From NCBI GenBank assembly GCA_038496445.1, contig JALMLS010000304.1, positions 496,001 through 560,000 on the forward strand: a stretch of DNA of 64,000 nucleotides. Reading direction: 5' to 3'. Positions 26,715-38,952 of the stretch are shown here, in pieces. This DNA comes from Trichosphaerium sp. ATCC 40318 (lineage: Eukaryota > Protista > Tubulinea). Each line of letters opens with the position of its first letter. Positions within the stretch are counted from its first letter, which is position 1. The notes beneath the pieces are model-generated. The model worked only from the letters and a program-made list of their open reading frames with translations. It did no database searches and was not told the origin of the DNA. Both the position numbers and the translations under genes were made by a program.

Positions 26715-27358
26715 ATGACAACACCTGCAAAGAAACCAAAAACAACTACAGGTGCCCTTTACAAAAACTTTCGATACAAATACATACAACAGCATAGCAG
26801 TATTCCCATCACCACGTGTTAACATAATTACACTCGGTGTGAAGGACTTGAAAGCGTCAGAAGCGTTTTATTCTTTGAAGTTAGGCTGGACCAAACTAGA
26901 GGCTGCCAGCACGCCTACTATAACGTTTTATCAACTCAATGGCAATCAGTTGGCGTTGTATCCTCGTGAAAAGCTTGCTGAAGGTATTTTGTATTTTTCT
27001 GCATTACTTAGGCCTAAAACTTCTGTAGACGCATGTATGGAATCAAACGACGCGAAAGGGTTCCCTGGATTTACTATGGCTTTCGTGGCTAGATCAGAAA
27101 AAGAAGTTGACGATATTTTCGCTGGATTGGAAAAAAACGACGTAGAGATAAAGAAAAAACCAAAAAAGGTACAACAGCGCTTAGTTGAGTCGAAATTTCA
27201 TTATTTTTTTAAAGGTGTTTTGGGGTGGTTACAGTGGCTATTTTGCAGACTTGGATGGTTATTTATGGGAGGTAGCATACAATCCTTTCCTTCAAGTGCA
27301 CCTAGACGGTACAATAGCGATGAAGGAGAAAGAAAAAAATACAGATGTCAAAGAATAA
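26715..27358 (+). CDS. VOC/glyoxalase-bleomycin-resistance family protein, bacterial-like, 4 exons
   Basis: ITLGVKDLKASEAFY..LGW, LALYPREKLAED, FWGGYSGYFADLDGYLWEVAYNPF after splicing. Confidence 0.88.
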
Positions 27359-28030
27359 AAAAATGTCAGAGACATTTTGACATTGCGTGTCAAATACTTA
27401 ATAGCGTTTAAAGCATGCTGCCACTTTTGTACATAAACAAAGAGTCATTTTTGAGAAACAACACGCTTCAATTTGGTAGCTATTCGGAAAAAAATTGAGA
27501 CAGGAAAAAAAACTCTGCCACGCATTCTGTCCACATTTTATTCTTGCCTACACTGTATTCACAATAGTTTGTATCCAGTTTGGTGGAAAGACCAATATTT
27601 CTTCGGGCTTAGTACATCTGTACTGATTTTCTACTACAAAAACTACCGCAGTACTTTTTATTTTAACGATAAAATGACTCTTCAAAAAACTAAAATGTCA
27701 AGCCGCCATTTACTAAAAATGTCTGGTAAATAACCGAATAATGTTTTGACAGATTAAAACATGACGCATTAGGTGCTCTTACGCATGTATAATACAACGC
27801 GAGACCTTTTGCAACGCAAGACAAACTAGGAAACGTGATATTGAATAACGGTTATGCGAAAATAAAAAAAGGCGCAAATTCTGTTCAGAAAGGTCTTATT
27901 CAATTTTCTTTTGTTACAATTACATGCGTTGCCGGCGCTGTGTATGGCGCCGAAAATGCTCCTCCGTCTTAAGATAGAGTTCAAGCTTTTTGGTGGCAAG
28001 ATACACCAGAATCGTTATTTTTTTGAGGCG

Positions 28031-28438
28031 CTAAAACCAGTATACAAGCGCATTTTTTACAGGTGGACGATTCTTGAGTTTGCCATTAGGAATTTTTTTG
28101 ATCTCAAAGCCAGGAAGCTTTAAGGACGAAGACAGGCGCCTTTTCTTGCGCTTGAACTCGTCTATTGTTGTGTATTGTCTTTTGTTGCCAGTTATCGTTC
28201 GACGCAATGACGCCCCTGTGGCTAAACGTCGCTTTGATGCAAACGCTATTTCTCCTGCTATCATCTCCATTGTAAAGGCTGGTTTGCTTGGCGACTGGTT
28301 CGATCCCTTTCGCCTTGGGCGGGAATCGTTTCGCCTTGTTGTTCGTGCTAGGCTCTTCTCTCGCTTTTTGAGCGTACTTGTAGTAGTTTTAGGCGTTTTG
28401 AGCGGCATATGAGCGAGTTTGTATACGGATGTCATCAC
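28031..28438 (-). CDS. Hypothetical basic, low-complexity protein, apparently intronless
   Basis: 135-aa ORF with ATG start, K/R/S/T-rich with NLS-like KRKKRR; no recognised domain. Confidence 0.5.
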   Translation of the reverse strand: MMTSVYKLAHMPLKTPKTTTSTLKKREKSLARTTRRNDSRPRRKGSNQSPSKPAFTMEMIAGEIAFASKRRLATGASLRRTITGNKRQYTTIDEFKRKKRRLSSSLKLPGFEIKKIPNGKLKNRPPVKNALVYWF

Positions 28439-28888
28439 TGGGTAAAAAGATGTGTAGTGGAGTGTGTAAAAGCCCAGGTGTGTTGTTAACCAAGAAGTAA
28501 CGATACAATTAGATGCCGCCTAAAAGTAAGGCGGTAATGTTTGTGAAATTTTGGAAATTTCCATATTTTCAGGCTAGTGTAACAGATAAATTTTAACCCG
28601 TTGAACAACGGTAACTTAGAGCGGGATATATGTGCATGTACGTGACGCTGTGAGCACATGCTGTAAGCTTATTCATTTTTACCCGCTTTTCTCAACGGCT
28701 AACCTACTTCACGCCGTTCGCGCAAAATATTATAGCATACTCCAATACGTAACATTCTGATTATTGGTGGACAGGCTTCACAAAACAGGTTTTTTGTTGG
28801 CAAAATTTTTGGTCCAAAAATTTATTTTAGAGCCAAATGGCTGTTAGAATTTTACAGTTACCCGCGGCTATTTTACGCGTGTATGATA

Positions 28889-31065
28889 TCAAGCAAGTGT
28901 CATGATATTAGTGATATCGTTTATCACGTTCTATTGGTAATCGTAAGCATACAAAGTAAGTAATTTCGACGTACTTTATCGTTAAGAATTTCGACGTGAC
29001 TGACGCCAGGATACTCTTTGTAAGTAATTGGATGACCACCTAAGCGCATTTAGAACAAGAATATAAAGCTACATGACCAAAATGTCTAGTACCATTATCG
29101 GCGTTATCTCTCCACCACTGACACACGCGAAGACTTTCAGCCATCACTGAGCCATCTCCGTTTCCACAGTACGCTTGAGGATACCCTAGAAATATATTTA
29201 ACAACCGTTAAAAATAAAGTGCCATACCTTCATTGACATCATCAGTGCTGTATACAAAAAAGCGCTCTGTTGGTAAGTTCTACTATAGTGAGTATAATGC
29301 ACAATAATCTCATACATACAATGCCATTGAGACAATAAAACGGTACTGAAGGCGGCTTAAGGTCACCATAAAAATCGCCGACACTTTCAAGTATTTCAGA
29401 AGGCTCTTGTAGTTTTGCGAACCGCAAAAGTTCTTTCAAGTCGCTTCCTAAATCCAGAAAGTTAGCATACTGCATTTTAGTTGAATCTCTACCTGTGAAT
29501 GTTTTATTGGACTTTTCAAAATGGACAAGTGGTTGCTTTGCCCATACGTGAGCGTCTGGAAGAAGATTTACAAGGCTTCCGTATCCTTGAGCCAATTGCT
29601 GAATCTGTACAAAAAAAGTCAGAAAAAATGTAGTTTTATTAACTTTATCAGTACCTTTGCTCTATCGAATATATCGAAAGTGTTTTCAAACCAATTATCA
29701 CCAATTATATCGTCTCCACTAAGCAAATCTCTTACAGTCTTTGAGGTTCCTTTAAAGAAAAATAAGAACGCAAAAAAATAAAACGTCAAATAAAAAGTTA
29801 CTTGCCTGCCCAAGGTCCTGATAGAGCGATGAACGCTGCAATATGTTTGTCTTTCCACTCTTGCGTTTGCGTGTTCAAAAAATTGAGACTCATTAGGCAT
29901 CCATAGCTATGTGCTACAAGCTTTATTTTTTTGTTTCCATTTTCAGCCACCATGGTCTCTATCAACTTCTACAAACTACTTGTTAGCAAACAATGATCAC
30001 TCCTATTCTACGTACCTTGAGATCTACAAAAAACGAGGTACGCTCCCGCAAGTGTTTCACTGGTTTTCTCCAGTCAAATGGCGCTACATGAATGTCAATA
30101 CTTGTATTAATTCAGGTAAATTGTACCTCCGCGTAAGTTCTTTGTTCGCTCGAACCCATTAGCTTCCATGCTTGAGATAATGTTTCCATAGTAACTTAAG
30201 AATCGGTAGCCTAACAAAGCTTGTTAGACACCCAACAAGGACGAGAATTAGTTACCAAATAGTTCTAACATGTAGTCCAAACCACGGGTTCCACCACCTT
30301 CGCCCGTTCCACAATACTCAACAGGAAGCACTTCAAGGCCTAATATTGGTTTAATAAAACCCGCCAAATGTCAAAAAAAGCGCGGAAAAAAAAATAAAAT
30401 CGCGCGTTTTGTTGCTTTCTCAGCGCACCAGTTTGTGAAGAAAAGGTGTCAGTTGTTTTATTATACTGTAGTGCTACCATCTTGAACCAACAGTCAACAA
30501 AAGCAGACGATCTTGTTGAGGTAAGGAGTAATTTAGGTTACAAAATCAAAACGCACCTCAATGGATTAAAAAAGTCCAGATCAACCCATAAGCGAAATGG
30601 CTTTTCGTCTATATCATCGACATTGCATACAGCTGGTAAATCAGCCCAAACAAGTGTTAGTGACGGTAGTAATGCAAAGTTTTACAACTTACATCTATTA
30701 ATTGGCCTTGTAGCATAGCACCAGAGTACCCTGGCACCAACAATACTGGTTGTAACTGCTCTGGTACTTTCGGTTCCCCTGTTGAAAAAATTTCATCACT
30801 AGCAACCTAGCGACATTAACCAACGCGTTTCGTTCGTTCTTGGTAACTAATTAATAAAAAACAACCGAAAACATTTCCGACTATTATTTCGCAATTACAC
30901 TACAACGCGTACTGTTGGGCGTAGAGACTCTGCAGGTATTGTTGAATGGTGCTTAGGATCTGGTAATTTGCAAGAAGTTCCCAACAAACCAGTTTCAACC
31001 GCTGGCATACTTGAGGCTGTTACCAGCGCCGTTATAAAGAACAAACGGAGAAACAGGAGCATCAT
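28889..31065 (-). CDS. LCAT/lysosomal phospholipase A2 (PLA2G15)-like lipase with signal peptide
   Basis: VLLVPGYSG, DCW, APFDWR, nucleophile AHSYG, PWAGT, GDGSV, SHVEIL. Confidence 0.9.
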
Positions 31066-31269
31066 TGCTAACCACTCCAATGTACTCTAATAGGTCGTAC
31101 TACGCGTGCAACAATCCCACTAAAGTGATTACCACTGTTGACGAACTTTTCTCGCTTATGTTGCATAAACCAACATTATTTCTGGCTTCTGTGAACAACG
31201 TGTTGAGTTCTGTGAGTTGCCGCAAAAGCACTGCCTTTTATTGCACACACAACTCGCAACACTGCCCAA

Positions 31270-31717
31270 ATGCAAATAGTAGTTGGTAGTACTAACCCAT
31301 TGAAAGTTAAAGCGGTTCAAAGCGTATTCCCACAAGCTAAGGTATCGGGACTGAAATCCTTTCAGTCTAGTGTATCGGAAGAGCCCGAAGGGAAACTTGA
31401 AACGTACCAAGGAGCATTGTACAGAGCCACGTACGCTAGAAAACAGTTCCCTCTCGCTGATATGTGGATTGGCGTTGAAAGCGGTTTTGACCCTAAGTAC
31501 GGCACCATAGGTTGTAAAATTGTGGCTGACTCCTTCAAGGCAAGAAAATGGACGTTGGATAGTATTCGTCGCAACAGCAATACTTCAAAAAGGAACTGAC
31601 GCAGCTGTTCAACTATGGAGCGCTAAGCTAGCGTGTCCTATAACACAACAGCAACGTTTGGAGCAAATAGCGGCGCCGCTACGCAAGTATAAAGAGGAGT
31701 TGTCCAAAAACAAATGA
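31270..31717 (+). CDS. YjjX-like inosine/xanthosine triphosphatase (non-canonical purine NTPase), short, 2 exons
   Basis: IVVGSTNPLKVKAV, SSVSEEP...ETYQGALYRA, WIGVESG. Confidence 0.8.
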
Positions 31718-31905
31718 AGAACTGTAAAATAAACGTAAATTGAGTGTAAACGCTGTTGGCATACTGGTCAAACTCGGTGGGCACTAAAGGAGACTTTACA
31801 CGCACATGTATTGACTACTTTTGTTGAATTGAAATTTCGCACAATTACACGACGTCGCTCTATAATCAAATACGTAAACACAGTGTACAGCTATATGTTA
31901 AAACA

Positions 31906-34900
31906 AGTATGTACAGTCTCCAATTCAGGTATTATGACTAACGGAGTACAGTGAAGCGATGGATATATATATTATTGGTTGTAGTCGTAGTGATTACAAC
32001 CTCTATAGCCACAGAGCATAAATCAAACCAAAAGCAACTGGTGCACTTCAAACCTCGCGAACGGCTTGTATTATCGCATACTATAAGGTACAACGTTATA
32101 CAGGGCAAAAAAAATCCTAAAACAGTGTATTAGCGAAAGCGTGGTGCTGGGGGATATGAACGGGAAAATATACTCGCTTGATGCCAAAACTGGTTCAGAA
32201 AAATGGCAATTCGATACTGGTGCACCACTATATTCATCAAGCAGCTACCCTATTATTCCTGGCGTTGACGGCTCCATTTATTTATTTACAGACACTGGGC
32301 TCGAAGTACAAATGATGCCACGTATATCCGTTAATTATACTTTAGAAACACCCACTCAGCGCTGCTGATATTGTAGCGAATGCGCCATTTGCCTTTGAAG
32401 ATGAAGACGATGGAATATTTTACATGGGATCAAAAACGGTTCGTGTTCTCAGTAGACACTCGTATTTGAGTGCATAGTGTCGCTTGAAAAAGCCCCTAAG
32501 TGCGCTTGTTAGACTTCCGTATACGGTATCGACCCTGTACAAGGTGACATGCACGTGTACCACAGCGGAGATCCGTCAGTACTTCAAAACGATAACCTTG
32601 AGCATGATGATGCCTTGCTGTACATTGTCCGTATTGACTACACAATTAAAGCTATAGATAAGATAACAGGATCACAAAGGTACGAATTGATTGAACTACA
32701 CTATCTCTAGTGGGTCTCTGGCGCTCAACAGTGTTAACTTTTTATTAAGATGGAATGTTACATTGGGCGAATTTAAAGAATTTACGTCGTACACCTTTGA
32801 AGATCCTGAGGTAGATGGTAAACGAGCTATCATTGCTACAACAGACAAACGTGTCGCGCTAGTCAATGTAAGTATGAGTGACAACGTCACCAAAAAAAAA
32901 GGAACATTCTCTGAAGGTAGTGCTTTAGGTTGATGAGTCATCAATGGTTTGGGAAGCGGAGCTTGAGTCTCCTGTTTTATTCGCTTCGACGCCTGGTATA
33001 GATAATGACCTCGATCTTGTGTATAGGGAACAACTAGCGCTTATGAATTTGCGTGAACAGAATGTATTCGTAAGCGAGTTTGATGGCATCTTATTTGCGC
33101 TACCAACACCTTCTGAAAACAAACTTATACAAGGTAAAGTCAGTTTGCAACACTACTGCTCTGATACTAACTTGGTACTTAAGGTAGCAAGGACATATTA
33201 CTCATTGATAGCGGTAATCACAAGCCCCAACAACATCACCCAGATCGTGATCAAGGTGGACAGGTGGCTATACCCGATGACGATGATGATTGGTCTTCAG
33301 GTAAACACGTGAACGTAATCGTGTTTATACTCATTTTTTTCTTACTACTAGAGTTTTGTAAGCCTGCGAATATGGATTTTCCTTATTGTTTGGTTGGTCC
33401 ACAAGTTCTCAAAGATCAACCCCTCATCATTTCTGATGGTACCACACGTGTCACCATTAAAGATGAAAGAAAACCTGTCAAAGAAGATAACTTCTGTAAG
33501 CAATTAAATATGTGCGCTCTCATAACCCTTGATTTTAGTGGTTATCGTTGGAATTGCATCAGCTTTCCTACTCAGTGCTCTTGTAATGTCTATCCTGTGG
33601 ATTTTTCAGGTACAGTGTTTGTAATTGCTTGCAAGTATCTCGTATTAATTACAATTAGAAACCAAAACCCGCTACACCAGCTAGAAGAAAGCGCAATCGC
33701 GCTAAACAACAATCAAACAGCGCAGAAAGAAGGCGTCGTAAAGAGGCTGAAAGGGCAAAGAAATCAACGAAGAATACTCCAAAGAAGGAAAAGATAACAA
33801 AAAGCACACGTGATAGTAGAGTGCGTAAATTACACGTACCGCAAAAGTGAAATTGATGCTTAATATTTTGTAGGGTAATTTGATAGTTGGACAGCTAAAG
33901 GTTAAAAAAGAAGTACTTGGCTATGGAAGTTCTGGAACAATAGTTTACAAGGGATCCCTTCAAGGTCGTGATGTTGCTGTCAAGGTATGCTAGAGGTATT
34001 GCACGTCATGCTTAATAGTATTATAGAGAATGTTAAGGGATTTTGTTGACACAGCAGAGAAAGAAATAACGCTTTTACTGGAGGTGAGATTCGCGCATTG
34101 TATTGCAAAATTAAATGTTTTTATTTAGACTGATGTTCACCCAAATTGGGTCCATTACTACCTTATGGAGAAAGATGAACAATTTGTCTACCTTGCACTT
34201 ACATATTGTGAGTGTACTTTAGATGAATACTTGCACGACAAGAAAAGGTTAGTGCTTTAGGACTCTGTTTTGTTTAATCCTCTCTTTAGGATGCCAAGAA
34301 AACAAAAAATGCAAATGATTTCACAGTTAATACTAGGTGTACAGCATCTACACAAACTCAACATTGTTCACAGAGACTTAAAACCTCAGAGTACGTACTT
34401 TGCTGATGTGCCGCCCTATTTAACTTTAAAACAGATGTGTTGCTTGATGATAAAAATCAGATAAAGATATCCGATATGGGACTTGCGAAGAAGATGCCTA
34501 ACGGACGTAACTCAATGTCACAGACAACCAATGCTGGTACTCAGATTTTTCTTTGATATGTACTGTAATTTTAACTTATAATGATCACTAAGGTACTATT
34601 GGATGGATGGCCGCTGAAGCAATGAGAGAAGGAGGTAGAATGTCAAAAAAAGTTGACATTTTCAGTTTGGGATGTCTCATCCACTATATTTTCAAAAAGC
34701 GTCATCCTTTTGGAGACAAGTACGCCACTGAATATAGTGCATTTAAGAATTAACCAAAATATAGATTCCAACGCGAAGGCAATATTTTGAACAACAAGCC
34801 AAATATACTTGAAACTGGACTTTCAAGATGGCTTATAGGCGTACGTGATGCGGTATACTTGTTCTAATACTAATCTTGTTTCAAAATTAGACAATGATAG

Positions 34901-35499
34901 CTTATGAAGGACTAAGACGTCCTACTATTGATGAAGTAGCAATCCACCCGTTGTTTTGGTCAGCCGATAAAAGACTAAGGTTTTTGATTGATACTTCTGA
35001 TTTACTGGAATTTCAAAGAGAAGACTCATCTATGGTAACATTCTCTTACCTTAAACATTCTTTCTAACATAATTACGTAAGGTTTTGGCTTGGGAAGCAT
35101 ATATAACTAAAATTGTAGGACCAAGTGGTGACTGGTACTATTAATCAGAATTTTTTGTGCGGTTTTCTTATTTTTTTCTGTTTAGGAGTAAATGTATAGC
35201 AAAAGAACTAAAAGCGGATCTTGTTCGATACAGATCTTATAACACAACGAAACTACGCGATTTAATTCGCGTAATACGTAATAAGGCTGGTCACTACAGA
35301 GACTTGCCACCTGCGTTACAAAACGTGCTAGGTAAGTCATTATTACTTAGGTGCCATTACTTATCTCTATTTAGGATCTCTACCTGAAGGTTATACTGAA
35401 TACTTTCAAACAAAGTTTCCGATGTTGCTGCCACAAGCGTACTTGTTTATTAAACGGCATAGAGCGCCTGGAGATGTATTCGAAAAGTACTACACATAG
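31906..35499 (+). CDS. IRE1: IRE1 ER-stress sensor kinase/RNase: signal peptide, luminal domain, TM, kinase, KEN
   Basis: LGYGSSGTIVYKG..VAVKRM, HRDLKPQN, ISDMGLAK, GTIGWMAAE, HPLFW, YRSY...DLIRVIRNKAGHY. Confidence 0.93.
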
Positions 35500-35781
35500 A
35501 ATAGCCTTCAAAAAAAAATAAGAAAAAGCACCTTGTAATTATTGTACATACAACTCAAAGTAATAAGAGATTTACCATTTAGCGAATCGCTTTTGTTTCA
35601 CGTGTAGGAAGTGTGAAACAGTCCTCAAAATAATAATAAGGAAGTTCATTGAAAGACTTTGAAAGAACAAAAAGTCAATGACAATCTGAGCAGGCAATCA
35701 ATCAGGAGGTTTTATACTTGTGACTACAAAATGACTGTGAAGCTGTTGTTATTTTGGAAGTGTTTTAATATGAAATTTTTG

Positions 35782-38182
35782 CTACATTGTCTTTTGAAGT
35801 GTGTCATATTTGAATAAATATTGGCCATTCTTTTTCTGTACAATTTTCCTAGATGCTCTCCTCATGCACTCCTTTACGGCGTATGTGAATAGTTCATCAA
35901 TGTTTTGATTTGTTTTTGCATTCACCTCCATTGCGGCCATATTTGCTCTTCTACAAAAAGCCTTTTTTGACAAACATTAGAACCTTAGTTCAAACAATCT
36001 TGTTGTACCAAAATTTCGTCAGAGTCAACTTTTCTCACTGTGTCATCCGCGTTTGTCATTGCTAACATACGAACTGTTCCAGATTTAGTATATTTTCCAA
36101 CATCTTGCATCCACTCAAGGCGCTTATTCCAACCTAGATACAGGTTAATGTCAGCTGTTGTACTGTATTATCATAAAACAAAAAAATGATGTTTCAGTGG
36201 TGTACAAGCGTACTATTTATGTTTGTCATATCACAACAAATTATGATACATTGCTTATTATGGTACAATGCAAATTTTTGCATCTTTTGTTTTTCGTGCT
36301 CAATACGCTATAAATAAAAAGTCAGTCCAAAAAAAAAAATTCACTTTTTGTTCCACGTGCAATTATAAGTTTACATCGATGTTCTTGAACTGTAATGATT
36401 TTTTCAGTCATCTAAATAAGTTCTTTTAACATCGGTGTAGATGGTCAAGGTAAAAAAAGATAAGAGATACACGCACTGACTGTACATAAACAATATCACA
36501 GTACTTTGCAATCAAAGACTTTAAACTATTATGGTCTCCTATAATAAGAAATTCTAGCTGTATGTCCACACTCGTATCTACGCGAGGTGAACGTCTAAAG
36601 GTGGCGTTAATTTATTTTCAAAAACCAACAGCACGTGAAGAACGTACCTCAAATTCTTTGATATTTTTAACTTTTTCCTACTCCAAAACGAAGGTGTTCT
36701 GACCATCTTTTTTTGACCAACAGCGGGGTTGGCAGATTTATTCTGTTCTAATAATATTGTCACATGATTGCGAAAAAACATAATAAATACCTAACAGTTC
36801 AACATCTTTCACTGACTTTGATAACCAACCATAGGATACTAAGAAAAAAAAAGTTAACCAATATAAAAACAAACCACATTTGTGTACTCTTTCGTCGTGA
36901 TACTGTTCTCGCCGTTAAGTGTGTAAATGTTCTACAAGTCCATGATAAAGCCACCATAGGTTCTGAAGATGGCACAAACTCGAACACAAGTGACCAAAGT
37001 TCAAGAGGGAGTAAAGATGTAAAATATTGCTGATTTCTTTTGAACTTGCGAATCAATTGTGCATGTTTGAAGCTATAGGCGCTCTTCAGCAACTGTTTAC
37101 AGATATGTTAGTGCGTCTTAACTATTATATCATTCTAGTGCCGTACTTCACGTTCGAGCAAAAACTCCAGGTGCATCTTTTTGACGTGGATCAAGAGCAA
37201 CTTGAGATACTTCGGAGACTCTCTTCTAGCAGCCTACTTAAAAAGGTCAACTTTTTTTTGTTTTATCATCTTTGCGTGCAGCATAAAGAGCAGTTTCTCC
37301 TTTACTGAAAGATATTAGAGCTTACTTAACAATCATAACTAACTAATACGCACTTCGATCGGTGGGAAATATCAATACCTTTTGATAACAAATACTTGAT
37401 TACAAACAGGTTATTTGATGATACAGCACAGTGTAATAATGTTTCACGTGTATCAACAAGTGTGGTATTGATATTAAATCCTTGTGTTCAAAAATAAGAC
37501 AATCAAAATACTCATGTTAGCGTCAAAAATAAAAGAAACGTAAGCAGAAAAAGGCAGTACCTGTCGAAATAATTTGATTGAAGAAAGAGGTAAACAAACT
37601 CCGTTGTCTGCTACCTTCAGGTTGCACAAACAAAACCATATGCATGACTGCCTTCCCTATACTCCTCTTCTTTATACTCTCTTGTGCAACAAGAGCCATT
37701 AATAAGTCGTATAGAGGTATCTGATTCTTTGTGGTGTTCAAAGAAGATACAACGTGCTCAAGAGGAGTTTCGCCGAAGCAGTTCTTTTTGTTTACATCGG
37801 CACCTAATTGTTCCATAAATCACGTGATTGGCGCTTTTTATCATGCGAATACGATTTTCGGTTTTTCAGCGTACCACTATCCACTATCATGTTTACTAGC
37901 GATCTAATTAAGTCTTTGGGAATAGGTCCATTGCTAGCTAGCCCTTTTACTAAAAAATGAAGCTCGTTGTTGCCTGTGGCGATATCTATTTGACTTGCGA
38001 TGTTTGGACTTCCCAATAACTGCTGTGCTAGTTCATACCGTCCTAATTTTCGTCAATATCTTGAACTAGCGCGATTTTATCTGCTGTTTGATATTACCCC
38101 GTCTTATTGCGTTGTGTAGAGGAAAGCCGTTAAAATCTTCGTCCCTCACACCACGTGGAAACGCCTGCTGAAATCGTGCCAT
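35782..38182 (-). CDS. Ankyrin-repeat + F-box + degenerate Rab-like domain protein
   Basis: PLHNAI, GETPL, ETLLHCAV, GETALYAAA ankyrin motifs; LPLELWSLVFEF...LSWTCRTF F-box; MEVNAKTNQNIDELF G5-like motif. Confidence 0.7.
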
Positions 38183-38480
38183 TATGACCTCCTTTTCAGT
38201 TTCCACAAGCAGTGAAAGCTATGTTTCAATAGTCAAGTTATTTCTTTGTTTGCTGTTCAAACTGATTCCTCTTTGTTGTTGTTGTAATAAACGGCGCTAG
38301 TTGTTCCATTTGTAATATGAGTAGATCTAAATGAACAACTACCCGAAGCAACTTGCGTGTAGGCGAATCCAAAATCAGTCTGCAGTAGCACAAAGCGGCT
38401 TATGGTGCTACCAAATTAAAAAGATCCGCCAGTGTTGAATGTGATTGTCAGTTTTGTAATAGCATGAGAAATGTATTTTC

Positions 38481-38561
38481 AACTTACTATTTATTGTCTA
38501 AATAAATAGTGAAGAGGGAGCCACGGCTCGCTCCGCTTGAAAAAAAACTTACTATTTATTG
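38481..38561. repeat. 16-bp exact direct repeat (AACTTACTATTTATTG) flanking a 49-bp insert with a GC-rich hairpin and an A-run
   Basis: Copies at 38481-38496 and 38546-38561. Confidence 0.75.
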
Positions 38562-38722
38562 GCTGCGACTCGATGTTCCAAACGAATAGAATACGAATCC
38601 ACTGCTAAAAGGTAAAAAGTTGTAAATAGTCGACCATTCCGATTCGGTTTTCAAAGAACAAAGCAACATAGAACTGGGAGTTGTTGGCTTTTTTTCAGTC
38701 TCTATGTGCTTATTTAATCCAA

Positions 38723-38952
38723 GGAATTGACCCGAATTAGCGACAAAAAAAAATTATGGATAATTCCAATTTTGAGTTCGTCATTACTCATAAGCAAAAC
38801 CTTTTTCATCCCTCATAATTGTCACGATGGGTGCTAGCAAGTATTTAAACATTTTTTGGTTGTTAACAAGAAGTTCATGCCCACAGTGATAAACAATACC
38901 GAACTCAAAATTGGAATTATTGATTTTTTTGTCGCTACTCCGGGTCAATTCC
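38723..38952. repeat. Imperfect inverted repeat, arms about 55 bp (38723-38780 and 38900-38952)
   Basis: Perfect 21-bp core ATAATTCCAATTTTGAGTTCG/CGAACTCAAAATTGGAATTAT plus matching TAGCGACAAAAAAA and GGAATTGACCCG blocks. Confidence 0.88.

Noticed and set aside
28074-28412. Antisense ORFs in the track (also 487..780, 3334..3639, 6537..6797, 44458..44658 and others)
   Set aside because: They are shadows of genes on the opposite strand, with no domains or splice support
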